DNA of 64,000 nucleotides from Epiperipatus broadwayi (lineage: Eukaryota > Animalia > Onychophora), in assembly GCA_028023455.1 (NCBI GenBank), contig JAQFVV010000009.1:9920001-9984000 (forward strand). Reading direction: 5' to 3'. Made by a program: the position numbers and the translations under genes. A model generated the notes under the pieces. The model was given only the letters and a program-made list of their open reading frames with translations, made no database searches and was not told the DNA's origin. Positions within the stretch are counted from its first letter, which is position 1; each line of letters begins with the position of its first letter. Positions 28,041 to 39,340 of this stretch are shown in pieces.

Positions 28041-28268
28041 TTTCATTTAGTATATATGTTAAGATCCAATGGTCACCACCCCATTAGGGATCCATAATGT
28101 TTATTTATTATTTCACTGTCAAAGCATACCTATGGCACTGTTCTACCTGTAGATATGCTTTGACAGTGAAATAATAAATATAATAAACATTATGGATCCC
28201 TGATGGGGTGGTGACTATTGGATCTTAACATATATACTAAATGAAACTACATAATTAATATATTTATT
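28041..28268. repeat. Second long hairpin (~80-bp arms, ~25-nt loop) whose outer left arm continues at 27445-27483
   Basis: GTTAAGATCCAATGGTCACCACCCCATTAGGGATCCATAATG... pairs with ...CATTATGGATCCCTGATGGGGTGGTGACTATTGGATCTTAAC. 28247-28268 is the reverse complement of 27445-27466. Confidence 0.8.
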
Positions 28269-30426
28269 CACATTAATATTTATGAAGGTAGCGCTTTTTG
28301 GCAAGAATGATTGGCCCGTAAAACCAAAATTAAAATCCCTGCCCCCAACCTGGCAAGCATTTGTACTTAAAATAAAGAAAGAGTAATTGATTACTACACC
28401 CTTTAATGGCAAGTGGCTAAACTATAGCCGACATACTCATGAGGTTGGGTTTGATTGGCATATTATTTTCATTTTAGAATACATATAAGAATACAAAAAA
28501 ATATCAAATTGCAAAAAATAAAACCACACCAAGGTAAACAAGTAATTTACATTATGAGGCATGAAAGAGAATCACATGCTATTCAAGAGTTTATAGAGAG
28601 TCGTAAAAAAAATATATAGAAATAAATAATAAAAAAAGTACAATTAAAAGTGCAAATCGCTGGGGTTTTTGATACTAGCCTTAGATAGCAAATTACATTT
28701 TATAGTTTACAGACAGAATTACATTTAAGATGTAGTTGAGAAGCAAGTAAAGAAAATTTAGAAAGTCTTTGATGGCGGCATTAACTTATTACCTTTTGAT
28801 CTGGTGAAATCCCAGTAAACTTGGTGAATTCATGTTCTGGCAATGCAATCCATTTTAGGGCACAAGTGTGTTCCATTTATTGCATGGCAGGTAGCTTTCC
28901 TTAACTATTCACTCCTTCCATGTAATTGAAGCAGTTCACTGGTTCATGAGTATCAAATTCTTTGCAGGGAGATGACTTTGGAGCGGCCGGAGGAAGATAC
29001 ATTTCTTCCCTCTACTCGGATAGCATCATATTGATATTTTGAGTGGTAAAGACTATGTTGGCCATTAGTTCAAAATAAAACGTGGATTGATTCACGCATT
29101 AAAATTTAGGCCTATTTATACTCCATCTTGTTGTTTTCAGAAATGCTTTTAACAAACTCACCTGAGGCACTGCAAATACAGCTAACCTTGTATGATTGTG
29201 GCCAGGAAATGTGCTTTTGTTTTCTTAGTAAAAGAAGATGCTAACAAGCTGATAAATTCTCAAATGTATTGTTCCAAATTTATTTCTAGTTTTAGAAACA
29301 GATTTTAAACAGATAAATTTTCCATTAATGGTTTATAAAATGAATTTACAGAAATAACATAACTTTATCAATCTGACTAATGGATTGCTGCATGTTTAAT
29401 TACTCTTAAGTGCTTTCAAGAACTTTCGACACAGATTGCATCACATTTTACAGCCATTATATAGGTACATACATTAAGATTAATGTATAAAAGAATGGAA
29501 ACATTAAACATTTGATAATAAAAAAATATTAACAGTGTAATATTTATTTTGATATTACACTCCCTCACCTGCTGCATATATATACCTCAGTGCACATACA
29601 TGGGCACTTGACTATAACCGTATTACTTAATAATTATTTTTATTAATTTAAATATTCATAGATACTTCTTTAAATTTAATATGTAAAAAAAAAAAAATTT
29701 AGGTGAGATGAGTTGTATGTATCTACATGGAGGGCAGGGTTTAAACCCTGTCTGGTGGTGAGATATTTTTTTCTTAATATAAGACTTTTTATTTTCAGTG
29801 ACTTTGATTACACACACGTACACACAAACATTTACTTCCCTTGTAACTTCTTTATTGCTTTTTAATTTTGGCTTGTTTTTTTTTGTTAGCAATTGCTACT
29901 GTATCTTCATTCAACCATTTTGATTTCCCTAATTGTTCAATCATAATCGAACCTTTCCCAGATTTATTTTAATTATTTCTTTCACTTGCATCTACATCTT
30001 TTTCATTAGTAATTATATCTGAACCTTCAAACTGATTTCTGATGTTCACATATGTTGTCTACATTATATCTAAAACACAGGATTTATAGTTCTTTGTCAG
30101 CTTGAATTCCAAGTTTACATGAGTCATTAATGATACATTAATTACACTTTTCTCATACATTTTCACTATTAAAATTGAAAATTTCCACTATAAAGTGTTA
30201 AGTATGTAATTTGGTTCATGTGAAATTCACCCAGTGATGCCCATATATAAAATCTATTATTGGGTTGTTTGAAAAAAATTACAGCAAATTTCCTTATTTG
30301 CTAACTTTTGGTTTAAATTATATCTTGTCTACAAATTTTGTTGATTTCTATCTGTATTTTACAGTAAACATTTCACTTTTTGCTTGACAGTTAAGGCATA
30401 AATTTGCATCCACACAAATAAACTAG

Positions 30427-30700
30427 TATCAAATGATTATTCACTTTATTATATTCAATGATAGTAGCTTACAATATCTTTCTTAATAATGGAATACTGT
30501 TTTTTTTTTTAATGTTATAATCTAAATAACTGACCTCTTCTCACCTAAAAGACACCAAACCTATTATATCAAATAATCATTTACTTTATTGTATTCAATC
30601 ATAGTTCTTTACAATATCTTCCTTAATAATAGAACACTATTTTAAATTATTATTGTTTATGATCGAAATAACAGACCTCCTCACTTAAAGATCACCAAAT
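30427..30700. repeat. Diverged tandem duplication, ~140-bp unit x2
   Basis: TATCAAAT.AT.ATT.ACTTTATT.TATTCAAT.ATAGT...GACCTC..CTCAC.TAAA..CACCAAA recurs at 30427 and 30567. Confidence 0.7.
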
Positions 30701-32299
30701 GTATTAGCTTCTAAGATAATAACATGATCCTTTTCATTTTAATATGTCGAAGTTTTTTTGGTTTATATTCCACAAATTCCAGATTCAAGCAAACGAAAAT
30801 AAATCAAATCAGGATTAAAAGAAAAGTATATAAAGATTGTACATTACATATACATGAATTCAATCTAGATTTTAAAAAAAAAAAAAAAATAACTGGATTA
30901 TATTTGAAAAAAACAACAACTGCATTTTAAAGTTCTAAATTTAAGTGTATAAAAAATTTTCAAATCAAAATCAAGATGGGCTAGAGATGTTGTTAGAAGA
31001 GATGATAGCAAAAGACAACTAACATCCAAAACAGAAGATATTGAACAACAAAGACTGAAAAAGGGCTTATATGTGATGTGAATGGATAGGGTAAGCAAAT
31101 TTGAAGAAGTCATGTTGAAAAAAGAAGTTATGGATTAAAAAATATATTCTGAATATCAAATTATCATGCAATAGATCTATAATGATTAAATTGTATTAGT
31201 AGAACAGCAATCATTGCAAAATTATCACTGATATTTATTTATCACTTGACATTATTTCTAATTATTTCATCTTGTCTTTGGTTGGTCAACTACATATATA
31301 TATATAGTTAGAAAAAAAGTGATAATAATTGTTAATCGCAATAGTAGTTTTTCCTTTTTGGCAAGTTGAGATAAATTTTTAAATTACTTATCATTACATA
31401 GAATAAAAATCTAAAAAAAAAAATCTTAATTATTGCATTCCACTAATCATCTCTCATTGAAAATAACATTTAACATTTTCATTTTAAAAGTTAAATTAAA
31501 ATATAAGTAAATAAATAATATGAATACTGTACACAGTATAAATATAAATAATCTAAATTAAGCTGCATAAATATTTTTCAACATAATTTCATACCAGATG
31601 CTGCTTTTTAAAATAAATATTTTATTATAATTCTGATGAAAGAAAAACTGTTAATTAACTTAATATTAAAATACTATATTAATATTTACAATATAAAGTG
31701 AAGGCAATCCTCTCTGTTTGAATTCATATATAAGATAAATTCAGGGTACAGTAATTAGGATATGACTGTAGACAATTCATCTAGTTATTTAATGTCATAT
31801 GTCTAAATGTGCTACCACAACCAATGGTGAAGCTAATTACAAGTTGTAGCATTAATTGGCTGAGCATCTTTGAGAAGTTTTACCTTCTCATAATCATAGC
31901 AAATGGGTTTGTGAGCACGTGGAAAATGTATGAGACAAATATTTAATTATATGCAAAGTGGATTAGAAAGTCCATTTTTTGGAGAGGGAAAAAGCATGCT
32001 TCCTTTCGGTTTATAACGTAAGTGTTGTTAGCTATAAGCCATGCTCTTCTTTTATTTTACATTTAGTCATGGTGTTCAATGCATGCAATGGAAGCAGAAG
32101 ACCATTCAAACAGATGGTCGGTGGATCTTTGGTCTTTTCCCTCTTCAAAAAATGGATGTTTTTTTAATCAAGAACTTTATTACACATTTTTTAAATTTAG
32201 TTATACAAAACAATGAATAAATACATTGTTCTAATCTATGTTAATCAGGTCCCATGTTGTCTCCTGTAGGCAAACTGTGGTGCAATTCACTCATCCCTG

Positions 32300-35200
32300 T
32301 CCCTCGTCCTTAGTTTGTGTATAAGAGTTCGCCAAAGATCAGTGACAGACGGATTATACAGCATTTCGCAATGGGCAAGCCAGTAATTATTGCCAAAAAG
32401 GTGACACTCCTCACCACTGCAAATTCACCATCAGCAATGCCAGCCATGAGTGTGGGGATTAAAGATTGTTTCAAATTATATACTGATTGGATCAGGCTTC
32501 TATATCCTTGCAATACTAGACATTGGTTGAAGTTGTAATTGTGTCATTCTCCCTGTGACACAGTGGGCAAGCCGAGTGGGTCCAGGGAATAGAATCCCCT
32601 GCGGGCCACAAAAAAATAGCACATGGGAAAGGCATCTAGGTTGAGCTTGAGAAGAAAGTCAAAGAACTTCGGTTCTAGATTCCAGAGTTTGAAATGTTTT
32701 ATTAAAAGAATGATTAGTAATGTTAAGACTCAATGGAATGGGAGAGGTAGAATTGTTAATGAGCTGATAAGTCTCCCAATACTTGATCTTAATGGAGTTT
32801 GATTGAAGTGGGGGAGTAGTTATTTTGGAAATGTTCGCAACCATTACAACTAGCCAGTGGGATTGATCAGATTCTGCTTGTGGAAATAATATTCCTAACA
32901 TGCATATTAAGTTGTAGGTTGTAGGAGCATTGAAACTGAAGACAAGGCAGCGAGGAAGTGATAGCCTGTTCCATTTGGAGTGCCTCTGTGTGTTTCGGAG
33001 ACTATTGGCAATGGTCTACTCTTTCACAATAACCACATGCACCGAGAAGTTTATATTGCCAATGAATTGTAAATTTTATGAAAGGCATAAAGTAAGCTAT
33101 CTTGGGAAGACCAGCATATAGTGAAGTATATAACTTTAATAGAAATTGGTGATCTTGCTCACAGATGTGAGTATGGAGTTCTGAACAGCCTTCCTTATAG
33201 CTAAAGGTAGAGACTGATTGATAGCTCGAGGAATTTTTCGAGGCTTTGCAGAAAATGGTGAAGATATGGGCTTCCCTGAGAACAGTCTCCATGTTGTGGA
33301 TTTATTTAAATAAATAAGAGCCCTGATTCTAAGGAAAAGCTTGTCATAATTTCAAATAATTTGGGGATAAATTTCTGACAGGTCATCCATGTAGGATGTG
33401 CGTGATATTTTTATTAATACTGGGGATATACAATCCAGGAATACTCTGCTCAATTATCTTCAAGGATGGATTAATGTAAATAATGAAAAGCAGGGCACTT
33501 AGAGGGAAGCCCTGTGGAATGGACTTAGTTGGTTTGAATAAATGATTTTCCCATTTAGAGAGATGGCAATTTCTCGGTTGTTAAGTAGGTTTGCTATTAT
33601 GTTAATTATACTGTAGGTATTTCGAATTCGCCAAGAAGATGGATGAGCTGGGTGATCTTAACTGCATCAAAAGTCTTAGTAATGTCCAGTTGCACAACCC
33701 CGGGTTTTGATCTTCTGTTGACTCTGGCATGATCCACAATGATCTTGAAAGAGACTCACTGCCTCTGCAGTGGACGATCCCTTCTTGGCAAACTGGAACT
33801 GAGAGTTGTTTAGCAGAACCTTATCCTGAATTTCATCCTTAAAGGTCAATTACTTTGACCTTTAAGGGTGTCATTGAGATGGGCTTCAAATTCTCAAGTG
33901 GTGATTGAAAAATGAACTTCTTGAGAAATGAGACCATTCTAATAGGATAAAGACCCTCGATTTCAAGGGGGTCTGATAGAGAGAAGGTCTATCATTCAAT
34001 GTATAATTGGGATTGTGAACCAATCAAGTTGATGAAGGATAAATTTGGAAATAGCATGGAGACCTGGGTGTATTCGATCCGAAATTAATGCGATTTTTGC
34101 TTTTATGTCAATTTCAGTTATGTCGTGATCCGAAATGAGCAGATCATAGAGGTCGGCTTGAGAAGATTGATGTGAAGCATTGGTAAGTTTCACCTTACAG
34201 TAAATAAAAATCTGGTTGATCATATTGCTGCCTGTAAAAGTGTTATTTCCGATTTTAATAGCTGAATGTGTATTAGGTTTGTCACAATAATCAAGCGCCC
34301 ATCTAATGTATCCTTTGGAGAAGTTATGGGGCCTACTTAGATATAATTTAGACTTCTTGATAGCCAAGTAATCCGTTATAATCTGGTGGGCACCTACATG
34401 TTGTTGCTTCAGGCTGATAATTGCGACCAAGTTTACAAAGTGCCATTGATTGATTCTATCTTCTGCAGCTGAGCAATTGGACCTTTGTTCCTCCGGATGT
34501 AGAAGGCTATTAATGAATTTAGGATATTTGTGTAGGCAAACCACACTTCAGCCGGGCTGACTGAGAGCTAAGATTTCTATCTTTTTAAAGTAAATGTAGG
34601 CTTCTAAAATTATTGCTTCTGGCACTGCCAATTTAAGCAGAATTCTGGTGGTCGACCTCATGTATGCACAGAGTTGTGGGGACATGTATATTGATGAACA
34701 TACTGGTAAAGCATGATCATCAGAAAAAGGCACAGGTTGCAATGCTGGGTCTATTATAAAATGGAGGTCAGGCGAGTAATATCGTACATCTATTGAGTAA
34801 CATATTGCCTTGTGTAAAATGAACAGGCATTTGCAGAAAGAAACCCTGTGCACATATCAGTGTGGTATTTAATAGATAGATGGATTTAGAATTGAACTGA
34901 TTATAAGATGTGCTGAAGCCCCCAAACATGATAGTGGAGTATAGGTTAGAGTTTAAAGCAAGATTAATTTGCTGAATTAAGGTAAGCGTAAGTGTGCACT
35001 CTCTTTTTGGGTAAGATTAATTTGCTGAATTAAGGTAAGCGTAAGTGTGCAGTCTCTTTTTAGGTAGAGGAAAATAATATTCAGCTTTAATTTTGATCAT
35101 CAGGGTTACAAACAAGAGATTTGTATTTAAGATGATTATATTATATGATTGGAAAGGTGATTTGACAGAGATAAAGATAGCCACACTGATGACAGAGGGA

Positions 35201-35370
35201 TGGTTTGAACTCAAATGGTGAAAAGATCCAAGTTTTTGGAGTTGTGAAATTATATCTGGATTGGAATTTGTGTGTAGTTTAGTTTCTGTGAAGCAAATAA
35301 TGTGTGGGGAATATTGCCTAATCCTGCTAGAATTGAGGCTCTGGACATTTACTCAGTAAATTTCAGTTCA
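32300..35370 (-). pseudogene. LINE ORF2 (APE endonuclease, reverse transcriptase, C-terminal CCHC-like finger), frameshifted
   Basis: VNVQSLN and ICFTETK (~35360-35280), SDDH (~34720), QLDITKTFDAV (~33680), IPQGFPLS (~33510), SYMDDL (~33390), CPLCHREND..H...C (~32560). Confidence 0.85.
34960..35065. repeat. 53-bp tandem duplication inside the LINE endonuclease region
   Basis: AAGATTAATTTGCTGAATTAAGGTAAGCGTAAGTGTGCA.TCTCTTTTT.GGTA occurs twice. Confidence 0.9.
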
Positions 35371-35479
35371 TTTAATTCCAAGAATAAGCCACCTACAGCA
35401 CATAACAATTTAAGGGATGAGCAAAAGATCAGAAGTAGCTCAGAGCCAGGTAAGTCGATTCCTTATTTGATTTTCATTG

Positions 35480-37450
35480 TCTTGTCATGATAACTCAGAC
35501 CCATCTCTTTCTATCTTGTCCAAGGTTAGACCAGCATAAGGCTTATCAGTTATTTCAAGCTTCTTTGATTGGTTGTGATTTATAGGGTCAGTTTGCATAA
35601 GCATGTCATCAGTCCTCTCTTCAACCACACCAATGACCTGTGAGGACTGTGGCATCACTATGTCATCCTCTTGTACATTGACTTTCATCTTCTTTCCCTT
35701 CCCTTTTATGCTTGGCGACTCATTACCTGATGAGCTTTTATTTGATTCATCAGCCTTCTGCATCTGTTGATTGAACAAGAAGTCTCTAGAATTTCTGCCA
35801 GCTCTCTTGGCCTTCCTTTTGCTCTGGACCCGAAATGCTGGTAAAGATTCAGTTAAAATAGAGTGTGATTTTGGATCCAGACTACTACTTCTGTAAGATT
35901 GAATTGATAACTCAGCAGTCTGCTAGAAAAGCTGAAGCAAAGTGCAATTAGGTTGGTTGAGTATTTGGCTTTACATTAAAATTAGTATTAGACAGTCTGC
36001 TTTGTATGGTTAAAGGATACACAGCATCATTTTTCTCATCTTGCAATGAAGGCATATTCTCGAGGGACAGTCTCTGACCAAGTGAGCTCTAAGATTGCAG
36101 TAAACACTGTGGTGGAATGCCCCAAAATGGGATTAGTGGAACAGATTCCGTGCAGTGTATAATAGGGATGGCAGTAAGGGATGTGTCCTTATTAAGGGTA
36201 ATTGAGAATAGTGCAGAGTTGGTATAAACTGAAATATCTACTCTCTTTTCCAAAATATACTGAAAGTTGGATACAGACCTATAAGGTTTTAGGAATTTCT
36301 GGAGGTCATTCTGATTAAAATGTAAGTAGCAGTTGCGAATATGCCTGGCTAAAATCACCGGCCAATTCATATCAACGATGCAGACTATCTTATTGTCAAT
36401 GAATTTAATGGCATTCTGAATAATTAGCTTCTGGATGGAATCATGATACTTGACTATTAGATATCGATTATTTGGATGATTTAACAATTTATAGATGTGT
36501 ATCCAGTGTTTCTTTGCCATAATTTCCCTATATAATTCTTCTATGGGGAAGTTAAAAAGGTCCTTGTGTTGATTGGTGACTGATAGTATTAATGGTTTAC
36601 ACTGGTAGAGTTCAAGAATGATCTATGTAGCTGCGTCAGTATTGTGGCCTTAAATTCAGCTGCAATATTGCTTATTGTTGTTTGGTTCAGGCTGGAAAAT
36701 GTAATATGTCCTTCAGCAGCCTCTCTCTGAACAGAAACTGCTACATCTTCTTCAAAAATGTTAAAAATGTCTGGGTTGTCTTGAGAATTAGTCATGTTTT
36801 GAAAATTAGGCTTACTAATTTCTTTTTGTAGTACATTTACATATGAGATTTTGTTGATTCTATCATTATTAGATAGGGCATGAAAGACCAAAGGGGCAGA
36901 TTTATTAAAGCGTTCATCACTATTTAAAAGTATACTTGATGGGGTTATTTTTGTTGTTATTACACAAAACGTTTTTGGAATTTTTATCACTATCATAAGT
37001 TAATTCAGGGAATTCATCTAACTTAACGATCTCATCAGTCAGTTCAAGACAACTTGTATATGAAATGATTATCCATCTGCAGTATATTTTCATTGTTTGA
37101 CACTTTGATTATAAAAGTTGGTGCTACTGGCTATTTCTTCTTCTTAACTTGGGCCATAGCAAATTTCTTAGCGCTATAATGATTTCATATTAATTTCTTG
37201 ATTTCTAACAATCCTTCTGGGATCCACATTTTTAGTGGTATGCATTATCAGAGAGTTGATCAACATTTATGTGTAAATTTTCATTCATTGCATTAAGTAA
37301 TTTGGTTGACTTACCTTTTTTCCTTTGAGAATCTCTTGGCTGCTTGGAAATGAAAATGGCTTCTTCATTCGCTATTGATTTATCCAACTTGGAATTTGTA
37401 TTGCTAAGAAACCTGTCTTCAGATTCTTAGCTGCTTTCATCCTTTCAAAT
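35480..37450 (-). pseudogene. LINE ORF1 (gag-like), disrupted
   Basis: Consecutive minus ORF pieces 36589-36996, 36089-36520 and 35485-35778. A frameshifted CX2CX4HX4C knuckle (C..CNLRAHLVRDC) lies at about 36064-36108. Confidence 0.7.
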
Positions 37451-38959
37451 TAGGAAGAAAATGATGTAATAAACAAAACCTTCTGGTTTTTGGGGGGAAA
37501 TTTTTCAAATTTTTTGTTAAACTAGCAATTAAGTTAGAAATTAGCAGAACTTTTCAGTCTTGCGCCTTTTAGTGACTACAAAAAAATGGACTTTCTAATC
37601 CACTTTGCATACATTTTAATATTTGTCTCATACATATTCCACCATGCTCACATAATCAAAAGTGCTCAGTCAATTAATACTACAATTTGCACTTAGCTTG
37701 ACTATTGCCTGCATTTTAGCACATTTAAATAGTCAGTATATATATATATATAGTCAGTAAATGAATACCTAGCTATTCTTTGCTGGAAAATAAAAGTACT
37801 GATAATCAAGATCGATCAAACAAAAGACAATGCCCTTATCATTAAAAAAAAAAGACCTGAATACAAGCAATGTTTACAATTCAGCTTATGTTAATCATTA
37901 ATTTCTTATCTTTAATCATTAAAACTTGTAATCTCATGAAGTCATAAGATAACTATTGAAAATCAATTACTAACCTAAGTGAGATAAATTTTATTGGTGA
38001 CAAAAAGCTATAAGAGAAACTTAGCACCTCCCATAATAAATTTGTTTTGTTTTTTTATATTAAATCACAAGGTTAGAAAAAAAAAACTACTAGGAATCAA
38101 TAAATATGCCTTACTGTAGTGTTTTAACACCATTTTTAAGATGATAACTGTTAATATAATGAAAGAATATATGGGCAGTTGCATATTAAAATATGATGAA
38201 TATGAAAAAAATTACTGAAGCAACATCTAATTGTTAAGAAACTTATTTATTTTCCTCTACTAAAATCAAATAGTGAATGAAAAAATAAGTTATTCCAGAT
38301 AAAATTTACATTTTAAAACTTGAGAAAAATACTGTACTAAAATCAGTCAAAAATGAGGATTCTTTTTTTTAGCACATCTTATAAAAGGATAGATCTATTA
38401 TTTGATGGCAATAAGGACTTGTTTGTATGCAAAAAGTCTTAAATAATGCACTGTTCCTTCTTGTGTTTTTTTCACAGAGAAATAATGAAAATAAATCTTT
38501 ACCCCAATTTAGTGAAGAATTGTCCTCACTACACAATTCATAGTAAAGCAAGATCATATAAAAAGCAAGGATTACAATAGCTTTCTATAGGGCCAAATTT
38601 AGCTCATTCCTGCAGATAAAAATTATGACATAAATGTATAAAACAACTTAACCTAGCATATATAGTAATTTTTAAAAACTTTAATGTACAATATATGCAA
38701 GTGTAAACTGTACTATTGTGTATTATTCAGAAATGTACTTAAAAGACGTATGTAAGGAAGATAATACAAGTTAAATCTATGTAAAAAGAATTAAAAAAAA
38801 TATTTAACTTAATTATTTCTTAAAATCCATCCATTCAGCACTTACCATCTAGTATATCTGAGTCATCAGTGGTTTATTCTAAAGGCCTATCAATGCTTTT
38901 AAAATTTTAATGATCTTTTTTTTTTTTTTTTTGGAAATTCGCCAGTGTTAATGGCGGAG

Positions 38960-39340
38960 GATCTCTAGTAAAAAAGTTTAGTTTCATGTTTTACTTGCTT
39001 CTTTGGTTATCTTTTCATACATGTTGTATTATAAGGTCTTATTCATTGACTTAAGGCATTTTTATGTTTGATAGAATATTCTAAGTCAGGTCAAATTCTT
39101 TAAAAATACTTTTCATGACTTTTCTATGGGCATATTGATTTTTCTTCATTGTCTTCCTTTTCTTCATCCAGTTGCATTAATTTCTGTTAATTAATTCTTT
39201 CATGTGTAACTACAAAAACTCTTCAATGTTGTCGTCATCAATTTCTTATCAGCATCTTTATCCAAAGTCTCAACAAAATACTGCATTAACTGTTGAAATT
39301 GGTACATCTTGAAGATTACAATGATTTTTTGATCCATATG
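38960..39340 (-). pseudogene. Possible pogo/Tigger-like transposase C-terminal remnant
   Basis: Acidic low-complexity fragments on the minus strand (DDNIEEF, DEEKEDNEEK); multiple stops. Confidence 0.25.

Larger units (their letters stand above)
32157..37580 (-). mobile_element. Near-full-length (~5.4 kb) decayed L1/Tx1-like LINE
   Basis: Short 5'UTR, ORF1 remnants, ORF2 with APE, RT and zinc finger. AATAAA plus A7 at about 32159-32181. 10-bp direct repeat AAAAAATGGA (32147-32156, 37581-37590). Confidence 0.85.
31804..37727. mobile_element. MITE/foldback element (left arm ~31804-32000; right arm split into 32130-32156 and 37581-37727) interrupted by a LINE
   Basis: 37581-37727 is the reverse complement of about 31804-31980. 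The inner arm (TTTTCCCTCTTCAAAAAATGG) resumes at 32135-32155. Confidence 0.75.

Noticed and set aside
420-29020. Alternative genetic code (TAA/TAG = Gln), suggested by exon-like frames at ~425-570 and ~28790-29010 broken mainly by TAA
   Set aside because: The 477-aa ORF has about 22 Gln codons and no in-frame TAA/TAG, and conserved Gln positions in the RTE (PREQAGF) use CAA. Ordinary decay explains the stops.
29720-29760. CAGGGTTTAAACCCTG resembling a tRNA/SINE B-box arm
   Set aside because: No convincing A box or cloverleaf; too degenerate to call.
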